From the NCBI GenBank assembly GCA_050253415.1, contig JBFWJC010000004.1, forward strand, positions 256,001 through 320,000: 64,000 nt of DNA. The letters run 5' to 3'. Below the pieces are notes generated by a model. It was not told the DNA's origin and ran no database searches. It worked only from the letters and a program-made list of their open reading frames with translations. The position numbers and the translations under genes are program-made. Numbering within the stretch: position 1 is the first letter of the stretch; every line of letters begins with the position of its first letter. The DNA comes from Pedobacter sp. (lineage in GTDB: Bacteria > Desulfobacterota > Desulfuromonadia > Desulfuromonadales > Syntrophotaleaceae). Of the stretch, positions 47,820 through 56,271 are shown in pieces.

Positions 47820-49709
47820 ATGTCACGCTGTCAATCCGCAGATACTTGCCTGTCAAACTACCTGGATACCAAAACCGACATCAACACCGCTTTTGACCGC
47901 TTCGCCGAGCAGAAAGTAAAATGCGGCTTCGGCAAACTCGGCGTCTGTTGCCGCCTCTGTTCCAACGGCCCCTGCCGCATCACCCCCGACTCCCCCAAAG
48001 GGGTCTGCGGCGCGACCGCCGACAGCATTGTAGCTCGCAATTTCCTGCGCATGGTTGCCGCAGGCTCCGCCTGTTACCTGCATGTCTGCGAAGCCACCGC
48101 CAAGCGTCTCAAGGCCATCGGCGAAGGTGTCTCCCCCCTGCCGATTCGCTCCAAACAATCCCTTGATGAGCTGGCTGCCATGTTCGGCATCGAAGGGGAA
48201 ACCACCGAAGAGAAGGCCCGACTGGTAGCCGGAAAGGTGCTGGCCGACCTATACAAACCCCGCGATGAAAAGATGGAACTGGTCGAATTCATGGCACCGA
48301 AGGAACGCATCGACACTTGGGAAAAACTGGGCATCCTCCCCGGCGGCGCCAAATCCGAAGTATTCGACGCCCTGGTAAAAACCAGCACCAACCTCAACAC
48401 CGACCCCGTCGACCAGATGCTGCACGTTCTCAACCTCGGCATCAGCACCGGCCTGTATGGCCTGGCCATGACCAACCTGATGAACGACGTCATCATGGGC
48501 GAACCGGTCATCCGCACCGCCGCTACCGGCTTTTCCGTCGCCAACCCCGACTACGTCAATATCGCCGTCAGTGGCCATAGTCATTCGGTTTTCGCCGGGC
48601 TCATCGCCCTGCTGGAATCGGAAGCCGGTCAGGCCATCGGCCGCGAAGTCGGTGCCCAGGGCATCAAGCTGGTCGGCATGACCTGCGTCGGTCAGGATAT
48701 GCAGCTGCGCGCCGGCGCCAGCGGTACCGACATCTTCTGCGGTCAGGCCGGTAACAACTTCACCCAGGAAGCGCTGCTTTCCACCGGTGCCATCGACATG
48801 GTGATCAGCGAGTTCAACTGTACCCTGTCCGGCATCGAGCCGATCGCCGCCAAGCAGAACGTCAAACTGATCTGCCTCGACGACGTCGCCAAACAGACCA
48901 CCGCCGAACTGCTGCCGGACGTGCTTGGCAATGAGATGGAACTGGCCGAGCAACTGGCCCGCATGGCGGCGGCCCAGCATAAACAGCGCCGCGCCATCGA
49001 CACCGGTGTGATCCTCGACATTCCCCAGCATGGCTTCGGCGACGTTGTCACCGGAGTCAGCGAAAAATCCCTGGTCAACCTGTTGGGCGGTTCGGTGCAA
49101 CCCCTCATCGACCTGATCGTCAGCGGTCAGATCAAAGGGGTGGTCGGCGTGCTCGGCTGCTCCAACCTGGCCGAAGGCGGCCACGACGTGATGACCGTCA
49201 ACCTGACCCGCGAACTGATCAAACGTGACATCCTGGTGCTGTCGGCCGGCTGTACCACCGGTGGTCTGGCCAACGTCGGCCTCTGCTCACCGGGCGCCAA
49301 AGATCTTGCCGGTCCCGGTCTCAAGGCGGTGTGTGAAGCTCTCGGTATCCCTCCGGTGCTCAACTTCGGTCCATGCCTGAGCATCGGCCGCATCGAAATG
49401 GTCGCCAAAGCACTGGCCAAGACCATGAACGTCTCCATGCCGGAATTGCCGGTGGTTATCAGCGCCCCTCAGTGGTTGGAAGAACAAGCGCTGGCCGACG
49501 GCGCCTTTGGTCTGGCCATGGGCCTGACCCTGCACCTTGCCCAGACTCCCCCCGTGGCCGGGTCCCCGATCATTACTAAATTGCTTACCGAAGATCTGCC
49601 CGCCATCACCGGCGGCCGGTTGTTTATCGAATCCGATCCGGTCAAGACAGCAGAGCAGATGGCCGATATCATCGCCGGCAAACTCCAGGCTCTGGGGGTG
49701 GCGGCATGA
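47820..49709 (+). CDS. cooS: Ni-CODH family catalytic subunit (non-canonical)
   Basis: CGFGKLGVCCRLCSNGPC..VCGA, GH, FNC, GCSN, AGCT, GPC. Confidence 0.9.
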   Translation: MSRCQSADTCLSNYLDTKTDINTAFDRFAEQKVKCGFGKLGVCCRLCSNGPCRITPDSPKGVCGATADSIVARNFLRMVAAGSACYLHVCEATAKRLKAIGEGVSPLPIRSKQSLDELAAMFGIEGETTEEKARLVAGKVLADLYKPRDEKMELVEFMAPKERIDTWEKLGILPGGAKSEVFDALVKTSTNLNTDPVDQMLHVLNLGISTGLYGLAMTNLMNDVIMGEPVIRTAATGFSVANPDYVNIAVSGHSHSVFAGLIALLESEAGQAIGREVGAQGIKLVGMTCVGQDMQLRAGASGTDIFCGQAGNNFTQEALLSTGAIDMVISEFNCTLSGIEPIAAKQNVKLICLDDVAKQTTAELLPDVLGNEMELAEQLARMAAAQHKQRRAIDTGVILDIPQHGFGDVVTGVSEKSLVNLLGGSVQPLIDLIVSGQIKGVVGVLGCSNLAEGGHDVMTVNLTRELIKRDILVLSAGCTTGGLANVGLCSPGAKDLAGPGLKAVCEALGIPPVLNFGPCLSIGRIEMVAKALAKTMNVSMPELPVVISAPQWLEEQALADGAFGLAMGLTLHLAQTPPVAGSPIITKLLTEDLPAITGGRLFIESDPVKTAEQMADIIAGKLQALGVAA

Positions 49710-50209
49710 GAAAAAAAATCATCGATGTTGCCAACTGTACCGGTTGTAAAAACTGCGAACTGGCCTGCATCGTCTCCCACAGCCCCAATGAAAACCTGCA
49801 GCAGGCATACAAGGATGGCGGCATTGCCGCCATCCGCGCCCGCTGCAAAGTGGAGGTGACCAACGAGGGCCAGAATTTCCCCCGCCACTGCCAGCACTGC
49901 GAGGATCCGCAATGCGTGCGGGCCTGTATGAGCGGTGCCTTGAGCAAGGGCGATGACGGCTACGTGGTCTGCGACACCGAAACGTGCGTCGGCTGCTATA
50001 TGTGCGTCATGAGCTGTCCCAACGGCTTTGCCCGGCCGTCCACCAGCGGCCGGCGTATGATGCTCAAATGCGACGGCTGTACCTCGCGGGACTGCATGGC
50101 CTGCGTTGAGAACTGCCCGACCGGGTGTTTGAGCGTTGAAGAAACCGACCTGCCGGGGGACAGTGTGGAATATGTCAATCGGCCAGAGCCAAGGGAGAGT
50201 CGCGTATGA
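49706..50209 (+). CDS. cooF: CooF-like 4Fe-4S ferredoxin
   Basis: CTGCKNCELAC, CQHCEDPQCVRAC, CVGCYMCVMSCP, KCDGC..CVENCP. Confidence 0.85.
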   Translation: MRKKIIDVANCTGCKNCELACIVSHSPNENLQQAYKDGGIAAIRARCKVEVTNEGQNFPRHCQHCEDPQCVRACMSGALSKGDDGYVVCDTETCVGCYMCVMSCPNGFARPSTSGRRMMLKCDGCTSRDCMACVENCPTGCLSVEETDLPGDSVEYVNRPEPRESRV

Positions 50210-51444
50210 AATATGTGATTATCGGCAACAGTGCGGCGGGAACGGCCGCGGCGGAAACAATTCGGCAGCAGGATCCGACCGGTGAAATCACCATGCTCAG
50301 CCGGGATACGACCTTTTATTCCCGCTGCCAGTTGCACCTGGTGGCTTCCGGGCAACGTTCGCTGCAGCAAGCCAATTTCCTGCCGGCCGACTGGGCGCAA
50401 CGCTACGGCGTAAAACTGCATCTGGGGTGCAATGTATCCGGGATCGACATGGCACGACGGCAGGTAATTTGCGAGGATGGCGAACAGTTCGCCTACAACC
50501 GACTGCTGCTCACCACCGGTTCGCGCAGCGCCCTGCCCCCTGTAGAGGGCATGGAGGGGCCGGGCGTTTACGGTCTGCGTCACATGGCTGATGCAGAGCA
50601 ACTGCTGCAGGTGTTCCGCAACAAGCAACATATTGTCATCATCGGCGCCGGTCTGGTCGGCTGCGAACTGGCCGAAGCGCTGGTAGAAGTCGGGCATCCT
50701 TCGGTGAGTCTGGTGGAAATGTCGCCCTATCCGTTGCCCCTGCAACTGGAAGAAGTCACCGGCCGCCGCCTGGGCCAACTGATGCAGCAGCACGGAATCG
50801 CCATGCACTGCGGAGACGGCGTGACCAAAGTGGAACGTCACGCGGACGGTACGCCTGCGGCGGTGCACCTGAAGTCGGGCAAACGACTGCCGGCCGATCT
50901 GATTGTCGCCGCCGCCGGGGTACGGGCCAACACCGAATTGCTCACCCGCCTCGGCGCCGAGTGTAATCGCGGCCTCGTCATCGACGAGCGATGCCGCACC
51001 AGCCTGCCCGACATTTTTGCTGCCGGCGATGTCACCGAGTGTCGCGACGTGACCCTCGACCGGGTGATGAGCAGCGCCATCTGGCCTGCGGCCCGCAAGC
51101 AGGGCCGGGTAGCCGGCACCAACATGGCCGGTGGCAAGGCCTCCCTGCAGGAGCATACGGGGCTGCGCGCCTCCGTCTCCCTGTTCGGCACCAGCATGGT
51201 GTCGGTAGGTGCCGTGTTCAGCCCCGATCCCGCCTGGCAGAAACAGATTTACGATCGTACCGACAGCCGCGGTCGCCTGTGCAGCAAAATCTGCTACAGC
51301 GATTCCAAAGGGGTACTGAAAGCGGCGATCCTCTGGGGCGATATCAGCCAGGCTGGCCTTTATGGCGAAGCCGTGCTCAAGCGCTGTCATCTGGGAGACC
51401 TGGCCCCCGGCGTCCTGCCCGACTATCTTCTGCAAGCCGTCTGA
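50206..51444 (+). CDS. FAD-dependent NAD(P)H oxidoreductase (NirB/rubredoxin reductase-like)
   Basis: GNSAAG, TGS, GAGLVGCE, FAAGD. Confidence 0.9.
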   Translation: MKYVIIGNSAAGTAAAETIRQQDPTGEITMLSRDTTFYSRCQLHLVASGQRSLQQANFLPADWAQRYGVKLHLGCNVSGIDMARRQVICEDGEQFAYNRLLLTTGSRSALPPVEGMEGPGVYGLRHMADAEQLLQVFRNKQHIVIIGAGLVGCELAEALVEVGHPSVSLVEMSPYPLPLQLEEVTGRRLGQLMQQHGIAMHCGDGVTKVERHADGTPAAVHLKSGKRLPADLIVAAAGVRANTELLTRLGAECNRGLVIDERCRTSLPDIFAAGDVTECRDVTLDRVMSSAIWPAARKQGRVAGTNMAGGKASLQEHTGLRASVSLFGTSMVSVGAVFSPDPAWQKQIYDRTDSRGRLCSKICYSDSKGVLKAAILWGDISQAGLYGEAVLKRCHLGDLAPGVLPDYLLQAV

Positions 51445-51483
51445 CCCATAGCTCTACAGTCTTACCTCCTCCATCGCTGTACT

Positions 51484-51523
51484 GGGGCCGTCGATCCTTA
51501 ACCATCGACGGCCCGATTTTTAT
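51484..51523 (+). terminator. Intrinsic terminator
   Basis: gggccgtcgat..atcgacggccc-gattttt. Confidence 0.7.
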
Positions 51524-51796
51524 TGAAGCCCCCCTTTTTTTTCTTTGGGATGCGACCAACTGGAAGAATTTACGGTTTTTTTTGCGATTTGGTGGACACT
51601 TGTGCTATTTAAGAATCTTTTTGCGTCGGGAATCAAACAACTCGGGTTGTGAATAAAGGGGGAAAACGGATCGCTGGACCCGTTTTTCCGCTCGACCGGT
51701 GCGGTTTTGATCCAAATTCGATAAACGTTGTCGTTGCCTTTGATTCACCTTGTCCAGCAGACATCCAAGCCTAGTGTTCACCCATGGAGTAGCCTG

Positions 51797-52930
51797 ATGA
51801 GCAAGATTAACCGAAACGCCCCCTGCCCTTGCGGCAGCGGACTGAAATTCAAGAAGTGCTGTCTTAACCAGGAGGCGGCAGAACAACCCCGCCCCCTGAT
51901 GGAAGGTTTGCGTAAAGCCGAAGAAGAATTGTTCCACATCCTGTTTAAACAGGCTCAGCAGCAATTGGGACCAGAAGGCATCACCGAAGCCTGGCAGACA
52001 TTTTGCCAGGACACGGATGCCCCCCTCGACCCGCAAACACAACCGGAGGCCAACACCTGCTTTTTGTCATGGCTCTTGCTTCACTGGCAACCCGGTTCTC
52101 CCGAACAACCGGAAGAGAGTATTGCAGCCCGCTATCGCCGCCGAATGGATCACCGGTTGCCCATTTTGCAGCGGCGCTTTCTCGATGAAGCATGCAATCA
52201 GCCGTTCAGTTTTTTTGTCGTAACCGATATTAAACAAGGTGTTTCCGTAACCCTGCAGGACCTCTTGTGGCCGCGAACCCTGGAAGTCTACGAGCAGAAA
52301 GCGTCGACCTTACTGTCCCGGGGCAACATCCTGTACACCCAGGTACTGCCGCTGGATAACGTTGCAATCTTCCTTGGCTGCGCCCCCTTTGCGATTCCCG
52401 ATGCCTACCAGGTCCGTCTGATGGAAGTCCGCGACGCGATCGAGAAAAACCTCGGCAGCATCAACCGCGACACGCTGTTTTCCATGGAAGCCCGGTTACG
52501 CGCCTGTTATTTCGAAATCCGCAACGAGATGCAGAAAATGGACGAGGAACAAGCCGAGGCGCAGACAACAGCAGAAGTGGAACAACCCTCTGCATCCGAT
52601 AGCAGCGACAGGTTAACATTCAGTCTGGACTGCAGCGTCCGTGAGGCCTTCGAGGCCTTGCGCACCCTGAGTTGGAAACTTGAGGAGGACGAACTCCCAC
52701 CCGCCACCCGTCTGGATGAGCAAGGACAACCCAGCCACATGACTCTTCCGTGGCTTGAAAAGGGTAACCGCAAACCCTCCAAGACCGACAACCCGGAATT
52801 GGGACAGATCATTATCGATGGCAACCAGTTAACCATCGAAATAGCGGATGAGGAGCAGAAAGACGCCATGCTTCGCAAAATCGCCCGCCGGTTGGGCAAG
52901 CTTGCGACCCCGCAGGAATCCGCGGCCTGA
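51797..52930 (+). CDS. SEC-C motif domain protein
   Basis: RNAPCPCGSGLKFKKCC after GGAG RBS. Confidence 0.85.
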   Translation: MSKINRNAPCPCGSGLKFKKCCLNQEAAEQPRPLMEGLRKAEEELFHILFKQAQQQLGPEGITEAWQTFCQDTDAPLDPQTQPEANTCFLSWLLLHWQPGSPEQPEESIAARYRRRMDHRLPILQRRFLDEACNQPFSFFVVTDIKQGVSVTLQDLLWPRTLEVYEQKASTLLSRGNILYTQVLPLDNVAIFLGCAPFAIPDAYQVRLMEVRDAIEKNLGSINRDTLFSMEARLRACYFEIRNEMQKMDEEQAEAQTTAEVEQPSASDSSDRLTFSLDCSVREAFEALRTLSWKLEEDELPPATRLDEQGQPSHMTLPWLEKGNRKPSKTDNPELGQIIIDGNQLTIEIADEEQKDAMLRKIARRLGKLATPQESAA

Positions 52931-52957
52931 CCTGGCTGTTGCAGATTATAAAATAAT

Positions 52958-52991
52958 AAAAAACGGGCCCGTTTCAGCGGACCCGTTTTTT
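52958..52991. terminator. Bidirectional-type terminator
   Basis: aaaaacgggccc..gacccgtttttt. Confidence 0.7.
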
Positions 52992-53132
52992 ATTATGATC
53001 CCCGTAATTTCACGCTTGCCGCAGGATAGGGCAATATCCCCCGGCGAGTTCTTGCCTGCATAAAGGTGATAGGACCTTCCTCAACGGCAACCGGGCAGCA
53101 TCCCCATCAAAGCCCTGTTCCCGAATTAGACA

Positions 53133-53161
53133 TTGACACACACTGCCTCTCGGATTATGTT
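53133..53161 (+). promoter_or_regulatory. Sigma-70 promoter of the riboswitch/ribB
   Basis: TTGACA-N17-TATGTT. Confidence 0.65.
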
Positions 53162-53171
53162 TGCAGCAACA

Positions 53172-53315
53172 TAATTCTCAAGGCGGGGTGAAAGTCCCCA
53201 CCGGCGGTGATGTTGCCAACGTGCAAACAAGCCCGCAAGCGCCTGTCGCAAGACAGGGCCAGCAGACCCGGTTGGAATCCGGGGCCGACGGTTATAGTCC
53301 GGACGGGAGAGAATG
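53172..53315 (+). ncRNA. FMN riboswitch (RFN element)
   Basis: GGCGGGGTGAAAGTCCCCACCGGCGGT..AGCCCGC..AGCAGA..CCGACGGTTATAGTCCGGA..GGAGA upstream of ribB. Confidence 0.95.
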
Positions 53316-53408
53316 CATAACCTGCGGGCCTTGTCGACCTGCACTCTCGCCAAAAAGATTCACTCCATCACGCCTTGGGATGCCAACACTATTTCAAGGA
53401 GCCTCGTG

Positions 53409-54062
53409 ATGTCACAATCTCTACTTGCCCGCTTCGGAACACCTCTCGAACGTGTGGATAAAGCTATCACCCGCCTGCGCCAGGGGCGCGGGGTATTGCT
53501 GGTCGATGATGAAGACCGCGAAAACGAAGGCGATTTAATCTTCCCCGCCGAAACCATTACCCCGGCCCAGATGGCCATGATGATCCGGGAATGCAGCGGC
53601 ATCGTCTGCCTGTGCCTCACCGATGAAAAACTTACGCAGCTCGATCTGCCTCCGATGGTCAACAACAACACCAGCGCCAACCAGACGGCCTTTACCCTCT
53701 CCATCGAGGCTCGCCACGGTGTCACCACCGGGGTTTCAGCAGCCGACCGAGTCACCACCATCCGCACCGCCATTGCCGACCAGTGCAAACCCGAAGACCT
53801 TGCGCGCCCCGGCCATGTATTCCCCCTTCGCGCGCAACCCGGCGGGGTTCTGACCCGGCGCGGTCACACGGAAGGTACCGTCGATCTCATGCGTATGGCC
53901 GGATACAAGCCTGCCGGCATACTCTGTGAATTAACCAACGAGGACGGTAGCATGGCCCGCCTGCCCGAAATCGTCACCTTTGCCGAACGGCATTATTTCA
54001 CCGTACTCACCATCGAAGATCTGGTGCTTGCCACAGAACAGCTCTTAAAGAAATCAGCCTGA
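53409..54062 (+). CDS. ribB: 3,4-dihydroxy-2-butanone-4-phosphate synthase
   Basis: [33 protein letters not shown]. Confidence 0.97.
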   Translation: MSQSLLARFGTPLERVDKAITRLRQGRGVLLVDDEDRENEGDLIFPAETITPAQMAMMIRECSGIVCLCLTDEKLTQLDLPPMVNNNTSANQTAFTLSIEARHGVTTGVSAADRVTTIRTAIADQCKPEDLARPGHVFPLRAQPGGVLTRRGHTEGTVDLMRMAGYKPAGILCELTNEDGSMARLPEIVTFAERHYFTVLTIEDLVLATEQLLKKSA

Positions 54063-54068
54063 TCTCGA

Positions 54069-54105
54069 TCAGCCGGGACAGGAGGTGTTTAGCTGTCCCG
54101 GCTGA
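54069..54105 (+). terminator. Hairpin after ribB
   Basis: tcagccgggacag..ctgtcccggctga. Confidence 0.55.
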
Positions 54106-54303
54106 TTCAACAAACTCTTTACCTTCCACTCACAAAATCCTTATCGAGCTCATGCATCCTGGCTTTGCCTTCAGCACATACCTGCCCCGCACAATTGGCG
54201 GTAATCAGCCAGCGGGACATGGTGTCACGGCATCTCCACCGAGGGACCTCCGGTTCCGCACCTCCATGCTATGGCACGCTGCCTTTTCACTCCTGTGCAG
54301 CGT

Positions 54304-54965
54304 GTCTTTTTTTACCTCAAACTTCCCGACCAGCGCCCCCTGTGCAAACGCACACTTTTCCAACGCGGATATTTCGCCCAACTTCTACGGTAAGCCACGT
54401 GGCCTCCCGGATACCGCTGCGCTACACTCCAAACATCAACAACACGTTGATACGAACGGTTGGAACATTACAAACCAACACCTCCATCTTTGGCGCGTTG
54501 CCTCACCTCCTGAGCAACGCGTCTTTTTTTACCTCAAACTTCCCGACCAGCGCCCCCTGTGCAAACGCACACTTTTCCAACGCGGATGTTTCGCCCAACT
54601 TCTACGGTAAGCCACGTGGCCTCCCGGACACCGCTGCGCTACACTCCAAACATCAACAACACGTTGATACGAACGGTTGGAACATTACAAACCAACACCT
54701 CCATCTTTGGCGCGTTGCCTCACCTCCTGAGCAACGCGTCTTTTTTTACCTCAAATTTCCCGGCCAGCGTCCCCCTGTGCAAACGCACACTTTTCCAACG
54801 CGGATGTTTCGCCCAACTTCTACGGTAAGCCACGTGGCCTCCCGGATACCGCTGCGCTACACTCCAAACATCAACAACACGTTGATACGAACGGTTGGAA
54901 CATTACAAACCAACACCTCCATCTTTGGCGCGTTGCCTCACCTCCTGAGCAACGCGTCTTTTTTT
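54304..54965 (+). repeat. Three near-identical tandem 217-218 bp units, each ending in a hairpin plus T-run (putative sRNA genes)
   Basis: gtctttttt at 54304, 54521, 54738 and 54956; a diverged fourth 3' module at ~54257-54313. Confidence 0.95.
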
Positions 54966-55067
54966 ATTTCTAGTCATTGTCCAGATACTCAAAACAAAAG
55001 CCGCCCTGCGGACGGCTTTAAGACAAAGACCAATGGCCCTGTATGTTTTTCTGTCAGGAAAAAAATT

Positions 55068-55775
55068 TTATACCGTTGCTGCTCGACCGGATTTGGCCAG
55101 ACTGGCCACCGCCAGAATGGTTCCGAGCACAATGCCGAGCAGCGCCGCAAAAAGCACCCGGTGCATTTCCGGCAACAGGAACGTAATCGTATGCGCGGGG
55201 ATCCAGAACAACGGCAAGGTCTTTTTGAACACGAATCCCCACATCACCTGCCAGTCGATATCCTGCAGGATACGACCGAAATCGATAGGGCTGAAAAAAC
55301 CTCGCAAGGTACCTCCTGTCTTCTGGATATGCATATCGGTGACCCGATGCAAAGTCATGAACAGCGGCGCAAAGATCAGGTTCATGCTGACGCTCACGGC
55401 AAACGCGGCTATCAGCTTTCCCCCGCTGAACGGCTGCCCCAAAATGCCTTGCGGCAGAGGGATGAGAAACTTGCTGACAACAGCCGGAGCACCGGTGGCA
55501 AAAATCACGAATGCCACCTGAATACCGACTCCAAGCCCGCCCCAAACCAGGGCCCGAGGCCAAAGGCCGAACCCCGGGGCATAATAGTGCCCCCTGACAA
55601 TACGCAGCCCTATGACTTCACCGAGAGTCGCCAGAATGGCGAACTTCCAAAAGCTCATCAAAAGTGCGTGGGCGCTGACGCTCGCCATGTAAAAGTCAAA
55701 AATATCTTGCGATAAAAAAAACGGGCAGAAAAACAGCCCTAGACAAACACCAAAATAAAGATCCTGCTTTTTCAT
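55068..55775 (-). CDS. Mpv17/PMP22-like membrane protein
   Basis: GAGGAG RBS; KFAILATLGE, HRVTD, FWIPAHTITFLLP. Confidence 0.75.
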   Translation of the reverse strand: MKKQDLYFGVCLGLFFCPFFLSQDIFDFYMASVSAHALLMSFWKFAILATLGEVIGLRIVRGHYYAPGFGLWPRALVWGGLGVGIQVAFVIFATGAPAVVSKFLIPLPQGILGQPFSGGKLIAAFAVSVSMNLIFAPLFMTLHRVTDMHIQKTGGTLRGFFSPIDFGRILQDIDWQVMWGFVFKKTLPLFWIPAHTITFLLPEMHRVLFAALLGIVLGTILAVASLAKSGRAATV

Positions 55776-55915
55776 CTGAATACTCCTCTGCCATCTCCCT
55801 TTGGTCTTTCCGTGCATAGCCAGCCGCTTTGGCAAGCCCATATTAGCGGTTTAGTCACATAAAAAAAAGAGTCCACTTCCTTAAAAATTCCGCAGAGGTT
55901 TACCCTGCATGAACT

Positions 55916-55993
55916 GATATTGAAAACGATAGTCATTTTTTACTTGACAGAAAAGGTCGGGCTTACTATCTTCCATGAAAATCGTTTTCAATT
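55916..55993 (+). promoter_or_regulatory. feo promoter with two Fur-box-like sites
   Basis: ATTGAAAACGATAGTCAT; TTGACA-N17-TATCTT; ATGAAAATCGTTTTCAAT. Confidence 0.75.
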
Positions 55994-56010
55994 TCATACA
56001 GGAGTTCACC

Positions 56011-56232
56011 ATGAGCCTTTGCGAGCTGCGCCACGGACAGTATGCCACCATCGACAACATTTCCGATGAATCTCTCCGCGTACAGTTGCTACGTTTCGGT
56101 ATTACCTGCGGCAGCAAGGTACGCTGCCACTGCAAACTCCCCTTTGGCCCCGTTGTCCTGAAATTCGGCGCCCAGGAGATCGCCCTGGGACGCGACATAG
56201 CACGCCAGGTTGCCATCCTTCCCTTAGCCTGA
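56011..56232 (+). CDS. feoA: Ferrous iron transport protein A
   Basis: AGGAG RBS; LLRFGITCG..PFGPV..EIALGR. Confidence 0.9.
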   Translation: MSLCELRHGQYATIDNISDESLRVQLLRFGITCGSKVRCHCKLPFGPVVLKFGAQEIALGRDIARQVAILPLA

Positions 56233-56271
56233 TCAACACACGACTTATATAATATTTGGAGGTTTTTCCCA

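Noticed and set aside
49996..51435. 479-aa minus-strand ORF
   Set aside because: Antisense shadow of the FAD oxidoreductase
54304..54965. CRISPR or type III antitoxin array
   Set aside because: No spacers; units are far longer than ToxI repeats; no adjacent ToxN/Cas-like gene
54165..55715. 516-aa plus-strand ORF across the tandem repeat
   Set aside because: The 217-bp period is not a multiple of 3; the ORF crosses terminators and lies antisense to the Mpv17-like gene
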